Of a stretch of DNA of 32,000 nt, positions 1 through 7,083 are shown one piece after another. The notes beneath the pieces were generated by a model that was given only the letters and a program-made list of their open reading frames with translations, did not search any database and was not told where the DNA came from. Source of the DNA: an uncultured Muribaculaceae bacterium (GTDB lineage: Bacteria; Pseudomonadota; Alphaproteobacteria; Rs-D84); the NCBI GenBank assembly GCA_965231035.1, contig OZ246409.1:271101-303100 (forward strand). The letters are read 5' to 3'. How positions within the stretch are numbered: position 1 is the first letter of the stretch; the number at the start of each line of letters is the position of its first letter. A program made the position numbers and the translations under genes.

Positions 1-310
1 GAGCATCAGCCATCATTTTGTCCATATTATCACGAACATAGCTGCGAACCATTTTGGAACTTTCCATATTTTTCTGTTCCTGCATACCTGTTGCCATTTC
101 TTGCAAGATAGCTGGGTTTACAGATGTCAGATAGTATGGAGTCCACAGACGGCATACAGAACCAGCAATTAATATAATCGCCAGAATTTTTGTTGAGTTT
201 TTAACAAGATCCATTCTGGAATCCTGAGCTTTGCTATTTTGTTTGATCAGTTTGCCACCGAACAAATAAAGAGCTATACCCAAAACCAGAACCAGTATTG
301 TCCAAGTCAT
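1..310 (-). CDS. hypothetical membrane protein, N-terminal part only (gene runs off the left edge)
   Basis: ATG at 310..308. My translation is MTWTILVLVLGIALYLFGGKLIKQNSKAQDSRMDLVKNSTKILAIILIAGSVCRLW.... It has two hydrophobic stretches and stays open to position 1. It is absent from the ORF track because it is truncated. Confidence 0.45.
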   Translation of the reverse strand, partial: MTWTILVLVLGIALYLFGGKLIKQNSKAQDSRMDLVKNSTKILAIILIAGSVCRLWTPYYLTSVNPAILQEMATGMQEQKNMESSKMVRSYVRDNMDKMMADA

Positions 311-397
311 AGTTTTTCTCCTTTTAAGTTGAACGAAAGGAATCCTAGCAAATTTTCACGAAATCGCAAGAGAAAATATTTTATATATTTTTGTCAA

Positions 398-1060
398 CTA
401 TATCTTTAAGGTATTTCTGGACGTAGGCAGAATTCCGCAGTGGTGTTCATAAATTTTCAAAAGAAATTTTTTCATAACTTCCAGATCCAAAGGCAGTCTA
501 AAAAGTTTATCTAAATATGGTTTTGCACATTCATCACACACTGCACGACCCGTGCGGGGGGACAAATAATTCAAATTTTCTGTTTTATGGCAATTTGAAC
601 ATTTGGTTAAATCCAAAGCATATCCCAATTCTTGCAATAAATTCACTTCCCAAGACAAATAAATATTTTTTATTTCATCTTTACCTTCTGTCATTGAAAG
701 TTTTTTTAACATTTCATCTGTGTGAATAAACAAATCAGAATATGTTTCGCGCTCTGGCAACAAAGTTGCTATTAATGAAAAAGCAGAATTCATACAGCTT
801 AATTTAATTGGATTCATCATTAAAATCGCACCCAGATTTTTTTCTGATTCCCAATGAAAAACTCCCAGCTGGGAATCCACACGCGCATTCCAAGATGAAT
901 TTCCAATTTGCCCAACCAGTGCCCTATTCTTTTTTGCAACTTGGGCTCCACGAATCATTCCACACAGCAAACCAAAATCACGTGTAAAAATCCGCGCAAC
1001 ACTATCGCGTTCCCCAAATGGTCGAAGTTCAATTAAAATTCCAACAGATTCCATTTTCAT
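398..1060 (-). CDS. recO: DNA repair protein RecO
   Basis: 220-aa ORF with a RecO-like N-terminal OB-fold region (ILIELRPFGERDSVARIFTRDFG). The C-terminal zinc motif is CSNCHK...CDEC. Confidence 0.8.
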   Translation of the reverse strand: MKMESVGILIELRPFGERDSVARIFTRDFGLLCGMIRGAQVAKKNRALVGQIGNSSWNARVDSQLGVFHWESEKNLGAILMMNPIKLSCMNSAFSLIATLLPERETYSDLFIHTDEMLKKLSMTEGKDEIKNIYLSWEVNLLQELGYALDLTKCSNCHKTENLNYLSPRTGRAVCDECAKPYLDKLFRLPLDLEVMKKFLLKIYEHHCGILPTSRNTLKI

Positions 1061-1096
1061 GGTTTGATTATAAAATTAAAAATATATAAAAAGAAT

Positions 1097-1120
1097 AAAA
1101 AAATCCGCCATTCGGCGGAT
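1097..1120 (-). terminator. rho-independent terminator after rplI
   Basis: Stem ATCCGCC / GGCGGAT (1103..1109 / 1114..1120) with a 4-nt loop. On the minus strand it is followed by TTTTTTATT. Confidence 0.7.
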
Positions 1121-1125
1121 AATTT

Positions 1126-1791
1126 TTATTCTGCAACTTCAGCTTTTTTTGCCCTTGGCTTTCTGGCTGGTTTTTCAGATTTTTCTTCTTCTGATTTTTC
1201 AGCCTTGGCAGCCTTGGCAGTTTTTGCCGGCTTTTCAGATTTTTCTACAACTTCTTCTGTTGTTGATTTTTCTTCTTCGACTTCTTCAACTTTTTTGGTT
1301 CCAAAAGTCAAAACTTTACCAGCAACCAAAGCATCAATTTCATCTTGGGTCTGTGCGACATAAACTTTGACAGGAACAATTACATCTGCATGTAATGCTA
1401 CTTTGGTATCAAAGCTGCCAACTGTTTTGATTGGTGTGCCCAACATAACTTGTGCTGAATCAACGCGTACACCTGCAACACCTGCCAACATACGTGCAAT
1501 ATCGCGACTGGATACAGAACCATACAATTGACCTGTATCACCTGCCTGACGAATCATATGCAATTTTGCATTCTTGACTGCATCAACATAACCTTCAGCA
1601 GTTTTCTTGGCTGCTTCTTGTCTGGCGTGCAATTCTGCTTTCTTGGATTCAAATATTGCAATGTTTGCTGCAGACCAGCGCATAGCTTTGGCATTTGGCA
1701 ACAAATAGTTTCTGGCAAATCCTGTTTTAACTTCGACTGTATCGCCGATGTTTCCAAGTTTGTTTATTTTTTCTGTTAAAATTATTTTCAT
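1126..1791 (-). CDS. rplI: 50S ribosomal protein L9 with long acidic/lysine-rich C-terminal tail
   Basis: N-terminus MKIILTEKINKLGNIGDTVEVKTGFARNYLLP is canonical L9. It lies downstream of rpsF-rpsR. The tail is an E/K/A low-complexity region. Confidence 0.9.
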   Translation of the reverse strand: MKIILTEKINKLGNIGDTVEVKTGFARNYLLPNAKAMRWSAANIAIFESKKAELHARQEAAKKTAEGYVDAVKNAKLHMIRQAGDTGQLYGSVSSRDIARMLAGVAGVRVDSAQVMLGTPIKTVGSFDTKVALHADVIVPVKVYVAQTQDEIDALVAGKVLTFGTKKVEEVEEEKSTTEEVVEKSEKPAKTAKAAKAEKSEEEKSEKPARKPRAKKAEVAE

Positions 1792-1955
1792 TTTATCTGT
1801 CCTTTTTTATAAGTTAGGGATAATCCCAAATATTTAGTTTTTAAATTTATTAGAAATTAAATTATGTGAGATGATTGTAAGCGTCTCATCAGACCCGACG
1901 TGTACAAGTGCTACACGAGGGTCTGTGAACGCAACAAGCGTCCACAGAATTTAAT

Positions 1956-2183
1956 TTAACCCAGGTTGTTTCTTACGAATGGTACTAATCCCAAATGACG
2001 TGCACGTTTAATAGCCTGAGCCAATAAACGTTGATCTTTCTGAGAGGCACCACTGATACGAGATGGAACGATTTTACCACGTTCTGTAATATAGTGTCCC
2101 AACATCTTGGTATCTTTATAATCAATAACCTTGCCCTTTAAAGGGTTTGATTTTTTACGATAAATTGCTGCACGAACTGCCAT
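1956..2183 (-). CDS. rpsR: 30S ribosomal protein S18
   Basis: 75-aa ORF with the motif [25 protein letters not shown]...[16 protein letters not shown]. The start overlaps the rpsF stop by 1 nt. Confidence 0.95.
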   Translation of the reverse strand: MAVRAAIYRKKSNPLKGKVIDYKDTKMLGHYITERGKIVPSRISGASQKDQRLLAQAIKRARHLGLVPFVRNNLG

Positions 2184-2521
2184 TATTCTACCTCTTCGCT
2201 ATTTTTCTTCATCATAATAGATGGACCTTTTGCCAATTCTTCAACACGAACGTTCAAGAAACGGATAACGTCTTCGTCGATTCTGGAACGGCGTTCCAAT
2301 TCTGCAATTTGTGCACCTGGCAATTCTATATTCAACAAAACATAGTGAGCCTTGCGATTTTTGCGGATGATATAGGCCAAGTTCTTCAACCCCCAGAATT
2401 CTGTGGATTTAACAGAACCACCCAGTTCTTTAACGATACTTTCGAATTTTGTCGCTTTTTCTTTAACCTGCGACTCAGTCAGGTCCTGGCGGAATACCAA
2501 GACACTTTCATAATAAGCCAT
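2183..2521 (-). CDS. rpsF: 30S ribosomal protein S6
   Basis: [14 protein letters not shown]...[23 protein letters not shown] is typical of S6. The RBS AAAGGA lies upstream. Confidence 0.9.
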   Translation of the reverse strand: MAYYESVLVFRQDLTESQVKEKATKFESIVKELGGSVKSTEFWGLKNLAYIIRKNRKAHYVLLNIELPGAQIAELERRSRIDEDVIRFLNVRVEELAKGPSIMMKKNSEEVE

Positions 2522-2689
2522 TTTATTTCCTTTGGTTTAGTCAGCCGATGTTAATATAACACCAGCAGGAACACCCTTATTCTAGACAAATATTTGATAA
2601 AATCAAGCAAATAATCCCTATTGACTTATCGATTGTATTTTTACTATCATTTACAAAAGGCAGAGAGACTTAAAAAACGAGAGATTTTA

Positions 2690-3481
2690 ATGAGTAACCA
2701 GTTTCACAGATATCTTAACCGTATGGCATTGTTTGCAGCCTTGGTCACAGTTGGTGCTATTTTGTTTTATGATCAATTTTTGAAAATAGCCGTCACAAAC
2801 GTTTGGCTGAACGGTATAATTATTGGTACAACTATTTTTGGAATTGGGCTTTGTTTTACTGATATTTTCAAATTGTTGCCAGAATACAGATGGATGAAAA
2901 AATACTTTGGTGAAAACAAAAATGCGGATTTACCACCAAGATTGCTACGCCCGGTTGCCATGATTTTGCAACGCAGCGAACAGACCAAGGGTCCAATTTC
3001 TACCAATACCATCAGCAGCTTTTTGGATATAATTATCGGCCGTTTCGAAGATCAACGTGAATCCGTCAGATATATAACCAATACTTTGATATTTTTGGGA
3101 TTGTTGGGAACATTCTGGGGATTAATTCATACAGTTGGCGGGTTTGCAGCATTGGTTGGGAATTTGAATTTTGGTGATGAAAATATTATGAATACTTTGC
3201 AATCTGGAATTGCCAAACCGCTTGCTGGAATGGGAACAGCATTTACATGTTCTTTGTTCGGATTGGCAGGCAGCTTGGTTGTTGGATTTTTGGGATTACA
3301 AGTACAATTGGCCCAAAATTCAATATTTCGTGATTTGGAAGAAAACTTGTCTTCGCGTGCCAGAATGTTTGAATTGGATGAGGTAAAGGCTTTTGATGCT
3401 CTTCCCCAGATTAACTTGGCAACACGCGAATTATCACTAGCAGTTCAAAAACTGGAAAAATCAGTTTCAAAACTGACATAA
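2690..3481 (+). CDS. MotA/TolQ/ExbB-family proton-channel protein (non-flagellar context)
   Basis: I prefer the ATG at 2690 (MSNQFHRY, preceded by CGAGAGA) over the track TTG at 2621. There are multiple TM segments. The C-terminal motifs LGLLGTFWGLIHT and AKPLAGMGTAFTCSLFGLAGSLVVGF resemble the MotA/ExbB channel core. Confidence 0.7.
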   Translation: MSNQFHRYLNRMALFAALVTVGAILFYDQFLKIAVTNVWLNGIIIGTTIFGIGLCFTDIFKLLPEYRWMKKYFGENKNADLPPRLLRPVAMILQRSEQTKGPISTNTISSFLDIIIGRFEDQRESVRYITNTLIFLGLLGTFWGLIHTVGGFAALVGNLNFGDENIMNTLQSGIAKPLAGMGTAFTCSLFGLAGSLVVGFLGLQVQLAQNSIFRDLEENLSSRARMFELDEVKAFDALPQINLATRELSLAVQKLEKSVSKLT

Positions 3482-3507
3482 AAATATACGAGAGAGAGGA
3501 ATAAAAA

Positions 3508-4725
3508 ATGCTGCATTTTCGTTTTCGTGAAAAAACTAATACTTGGCCCGGGTTCGTGGATTTATTTTCCAACCTGGTTATTATTCTTATTTTCTTGCTG
3601 ATTGTTTTTGTATTCTTGTGGACAACCACCAGTGTTTTTAACAAAAGTAGTGGATTGAAAACTGTTTCTGAATTAAGAAAAACAAACGAAGAACAAAGTC
3701 AGTCTTTGGCACAAATGTCAGCCGATGAACAAGAAGCCAAACGTCTGTTGGTTATGGCACGCAGTGAACTGGAAACTTTACAACAAAGCAAAACTGAATT
3801 AGAAGATAAGACAAACGATCTTCAGTCCAAGGCTTCTGATTTGCAAGAAAAAGCTGCTGACCTTGAAAGTGAAAAAGCAGATTTGCAGGATAAAATTAAT
3901 CAACTGAACTCTGAAATACAAAAAAGAGATACCGGCACACAAGAACTGGTTACGGCTTATGAAAGCAAGGTTTCAGATATGCAAGATTCTGAAAACAAAT
4001 TGCAAGATATGATTAATCAATTAAATACTCAACTGAACCAGGCAACTGTGGATAAACAAAAAACAGCCGAGCTGGAACAGCAACGTCGTGCACTGCAATC
4101 CGATTTAGAAGCTCAACGTATGGCATTATCTGATCAATTGTCAAAACTGCAGGCATCGTTGGACGCAGCCGAAGCAAAGTCACAAACCCAAGAAGTTCAA
4201 TATACTGAATTGTCGAATCGTTTAAACAAAGCATTGGCTGACAAGGTTGCAGAACTAAGCAAGGTTGGACAATACCAATCAGATTTTTATAAGGCTATCA
4301 AGTTGGCACTGGGCGACAGAACAACAATTAAACAAGAAGGTGACCGCTTTATAATTTCCAGTGATATTTTATTTTCCAGCGGCGAATATAATCTGTCACC
4401 AGAAGGTAAAAATCAATTGCGTCTGATTGCAAACGTAATCAAAGATATGGAAAATAAAATTCCAACAGATGTAAATTGGATTGTTCGTGTTGATGGTCAC
4501 ACAGATAAAACACCTGTAAATCCTGGAAATCATGCCTTTAAGAATAACACCCAACTTTCATTATTACGCGCAATTGCAGTTTCTGGTGAATTGGAAAAAG
4601 CAGGCGTTTCAAAACGCAGATTGGTTCCCAGTGGATTTGGCGAAATGTATCCAGTTGAATTGGGCACAGATGCAACCAGCCTGCAAAAGAATCGCAGAAT
4701 CGAACTGCGTTTAACCAACAGATAA
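3508..4725 (+). CDS. MotB/OmpA-family peptidoglycan-binding protein with ~200-aa central coiled coil
   Basis: The N-terminus WPGFVDLFSNLVIILIFLL is a MotB-like TM segment with a conserved Asp. The C-terminus RVDGHTDKTP...NTQLSLLRAIAVSGELEKAGV...NRRIELRL is OmpA-like. A strong RBS GAGAGAGAGGA lies upstream, 26 nt after the upstream gene. Confidence 0.8.
   Translation: MLHFRFREKTNTWPGFVDLFSNLVIILIFLLIVFVFLWTTTSVFNKSSGLKTVSELRKTNEEQSQSLAQMSADEQEAKRLLVMARSELETLQQSKTELEDKTNDLQSKASDLQEKAADLESEKADLQDKINQLNSEIQKRDTGTQELVTAYESKVSDMQDSENKLQDMINQLNTQLNQATVDKQKTAELEQQRRALQSDLEAQRMALSDQLSKLQASLDAAEAKSQTQEVQYTELSNRLNKALADKVAELSKVGQYQSDFYKAIKLALGDRTTIKQEGDRFIISSDILFSSGEYNLSPEGKNQLRLIANVIKDMENKIPTDVNWIVRVDGHTDKTPVNPGNHAFKNNTQLSLLRAIAVSGELEKAGVSKRRLVPSGFGEMYPVELGTDATSLQKNRRIELRLTNR
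3817..3921 (+). repeat. five tandem 21-nt (7-aa) repeats inside the MotB-like gene
   Basis: The peptide reads DLQSKAS DLQEKAA DLESEKA DLQDKIN QLNSEIQ. I verified that the GAT at 3817 encodes the first Asp. Confidence 0.75.
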
Positions 4726-4728
4726 AAA

Positions 4729-4751
4729 ATCCGGCAACGCCGGATTTTTTT
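4729..4751 (+). terminator. rho-independent terminator after the MotB-like gene
   Basis: Stem ATCCGGC / GCCGGAT with loop AAC, followed by TTTTTT. Confidence 0.8.
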
Positions 4752-4832
4752 ATTGAAATATAAAATTTAAAGTTTAACAATTTATCTGTACGAGAATGCA
4801 GGAGATACTTTTTTAAATAAAAGGATAATACC

Positions 4833-5708
4833 GTGAAACAATATTTAGACCACATTGAACATATTCTCGAAAATGGCGTTGTTAAAAAAGATCGCACAGG
4901 AACAGGAACCAAAGATTGTTTTGGTTACCAAAATAGATATGATTTATCAAAAGGTTTTCCCCTTTTGACAACAAAAAAACTTCATTTAAAATCAATAATT
5001 TTTGAACTTCTGTGGTTTATACGTGGCGATACAAATATAAAATATCTAAATGATAATGGTGTAACCATATGGAACGAATGGGCAAATGAAAATGGTGAAT
5101 TAGGACCTGTTTATGGTCGTCAATGGCGCTCTTGGCCGGCACCTGATGGTCGCAAAATTGACCAACTTGGAAATGTCATAAAATCAATTAAAGGTAACCC
5201 TGATTCACGTAGACATATAATAAGTGCTTGGAACGTTGGTGAAATTGATTATATGGCTTTACCACCATGTCATCTTTTGTTTCAGTTTGATGTAACAAAC
5301 GGAAAACTTAGTTGTCAATTATATCAACGTAGCGCAGATGTATTTTTGGGAGTTCCATTTAATATAGCTTCATATGCTTTATTCACACAAATGATGGCTC
5401 AAGTATGTGGTTTACAACCAGGTGAATTTATACATAGTTTCGGCAGTAATCACCTGTATTTAAATCATATTGAACAATCAAAAATACAAGTTCAAAGAAA
5501 GCCTTACCCTTTGCCAATAGTCAAGTTGAATCCAAATATAAAAAATATTGAAGATTTTAAATTTGAAGACTTTAAATTAACTTATTCAGAAGAAACTATT
5601 GAGATATTTAAAAGAGATTATTCTGATGATCCGAATTGGAAAAAATATCTTGAAACAAAAAATAGCTATGTATGTCATCCCCATATAAAAGCTAAAGTAT
5701 CTAAGTAA
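4833..5708 (+). CDS. thyA: thymidylate synthase ThyA (GTG start) with a C-proximal insertion
   Basis: [44 protein letters not shown] and [21 protein letters not shown] are canonical ThyA motifs. Confidence 0.95.
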   Translation: MKQYLDHIEHILENGVVKKDRTGTGTKDCFGYQNRYDLSKGFPLLTTKKLHLKSIIFELLWFIRGDTNIKYLNDNGVTIWNEWANENGELGPVYGRQWRSWPAPDGRKIDQLGNVIKSIKGNPDSRRHIISAWNVGEIDYMALPPCHLLFQFDVTNGKLSCQLYQRSADVFLGVPFNIASYALFTQMMAQVCGLQPGEFIHSFGSNHLYLNHIEQSKIQVQRKPYPLPIVKLNPNIKNIEDFKFEDFKLTYSEETIEIFKRDYSDDPNWKKYLETKNSYVCHPHIKAKVSK

Positions 5709-5713
5709 TATAA

Positions 5714-5735
5714 ATCCGGCACCGCCGGATTTTTT
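5714..5735. terminator. terminator hairpin between convergent thyA and helicase genes
   Basis: Stem ATCCGGC / GCCGGAT with loop ACC, then TTTTT on plus. An A/T-rich run on the other side could also serve the minus-strand helicase gene. Confidence 0.75.
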
Positions 5736-5736
5736 G

Positions 5737-6936
5737 TTATTTTTTCTTAAATGAACGACGACGATTTCGTGGTCTTTTATTTCTGTTTCCATTATTTTTT
5801 TTGTTACCAGATTCTTTTTTTAAGCCCATTTTCACATCTTCTGGTAATCCTGATGGAATCTTTAATAATTTGCAAATATCAATCCATTTTGAATAATCAT
5901 TCTTGGTCAGTAAATTAATTGCAACACCAGATGCTCCGGCTCGTGCGGTACGACCTATTCTGTGAATATAATCTTCGGGAGCCTGGGGCAAATCATAATT
6001 TATAACAGTTCCAATGTGTGAAATATCTAAACCACGTGCTGCAATGTCTGTTGCAACCATAATATTACATTTTTTACTGCGAAATTCGGCTGTCATTCTG
6101 ACACGCTTATTCTGATTCATATCACCATGTAATGCACATACTGAAAATTTTGCCATATGCAATTTTTTCATCAAACGTTCAGTTCCGTATTTAGTCTTGA
6201 CAAAAATCAAAACAGATTCTGGCTGTTTATCCAACAATTCTGTTAAAACCGAATATTTTAACTCATCCGTTGTATGAATTAATTCTTGAGTTAAATTATC
6301 TGTTGCAACATTTTGTTCACCAGCTGATATTCGAACAGGATCTTTTAAATACTTACCAGCCAATTCCATAATATTTTTTGGAAAAGTTGCCGACAACATT
6401 AATGTTTGGTGCGGTATTGGTAATTCAGCAATTATTGTTTCCAGCTGTTTACCAAATCCCATATCCAACATACGATCCGTTTCATCAATTATTAGCATAC
6501 CGGTTCGACCCAGTCTTAACTTTCGTTGACGTAAATGATCATTTATACGACCTGGTGTTCCGACAATCAAACGTGCACCCATTTTTAACTGACGCAATTG
6601 TTTATCCATTGAATCACCACCAATCAGCAATGCTGTTGGAATTTTGATTAACTTTCCCATAATTTTTGTTGATTCAACCAAAACCTGGCTGGCTAACTCA
6701 CGCGTTGGTAATAAAATTAAAACAATATCGGTATCGTTCTTTAAAAGATGTGCAATTGCTGGAATTGCAAAAGCAGCTGTTTTTCCAGTACCAGTTTGTG
6801 CATTACCCAAGACATCTTTACCCTCTAATGCCACTGGTATAACTTGTTCTTGGATTGGTGTTGGATTAATATATTTTGATTCGGCCAGAACAGACAAAAT
6901 CTTTTTGGGAATTCCCAAATTATCAAAAGTTTTCAT
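5737..6936 (-). CDS. DEAD-box ATP-dependent RNA helicase (RhlE-like) with basic C-terminal tail
   Basis: Motifs found: Q-motif region PTPIQ, AQTGTGKT, PTRELA, DETD (motif II variant), SAT, ARGLD and HRIGRTAR. The tail is KKNNGNRNKRPRNRRRSFKKK. Confidence 0.9.
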   Translation of the reverse strand: MKTFDNLGIPKKILSVLAESKYINPTPIQEQVIPVALEGKDVLGNAQTGTGKTAAFAIPAIAHLLKNDTDIVLILLPTRELASQVLVESTKIMGKLIKIPTALLIGGDSMDKQLRQLKMGARLIVGTPGRINDHLRQRKLRLGRTGMLIIDETDRMLDMGFGKQLETIIAELPIPHQTLMLSATFPKNIMELAGKYLKDPVRISAGEQNVATDNLTQELIHTTDELKYSVLTELLDKQPESVLIFVKTKYGTERLMKKLHMAKFSVCALHGDMNQNKRVRMTAEFRSKKCNIMVATDIAARGLDISHIGTVINYDLPQAPEDYIHRIGRTARAGASGVAINLLTKNDYSKWIDICKLLKIPSGLPEDVKMGLKKESGNKKNNGNRNKRPRNRRRSFKKK

Positions 6937-7083
6937 TATTTTTCTTATGGTTGATTTACGGGGTATCTTTGAAACCCAAAAAACAAATTTATGTAAAATG
7001 AATAAAGAATTTCAAGGCAAGTGTATATTTAAAAACCTAAAAATCAAGTTTTTAATTATTATGCCATGATAATCAATTTCATT

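Noticed and set aside
1-310. The idea that the truncated left-edge ORF is the membrane anchor and linker of a DsbA-like thiol:disulfide oxidoreductase. That would fit the cysteine-rich secretome.
   Set aside because: Only the N-terminal 103 aa are visible. No thioredoxin CxxC motif lies within the window, and the resemblance (YVRDNMDKMMADA) is too vague. I keep the call as hypothetical.
1064-1370. Plus-strand ORFs 1064..1363 and 1149..1370 with repetitive F/S/A/L sequence.
   Set aside because: They are the antisense reading of the repetitive Glu/Lys/Ala tail of rplI, an artefact of low-complexity DNA.
1885-1892. CUGAUGAG on the minus strand, immediately after a stem, which is the hammerhead-ribozyme core sequence.
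   Set aside because: I found no matching GAAA core element or properly placed stem II/III and cleavage triplet nearby. The TGAGA also pairs into the third hairpin instead. This is most likely coincidence.
2621-2689. Extended N-termini suggested by the track: TTG 2621 for the MotA-like gene, TTG 11875 for infA, TTG 11810 for member B, ATG 31298 for the autotransporter and ATG 27135 for the small ORF.
   Set aside because: Downstream ATGs give canonical N-termini or signal peptides with better RBS spacing. In two cases the upstream codon falls inside the predicted promoter.
2690-4725. The MotA/MotB-like pair as a Zorya-type anti-phage defence module.
   Set aside because: In Zorya the long tail is on the ZorA subunit, and ZorC/ZorD-type genes accompany the pair. 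Here the coiled coil is in the B subunit, the A subunit is short, and the neighbours are ribosomal protein genes and thyA.
6644-7069. Plus-strand 141-aa ORF spanning the helicase 5' end and the intergenic region.
   Set aside because: It is mostly antisense to the conserved helicase motif I region. It has no RBS and no recognisable features.
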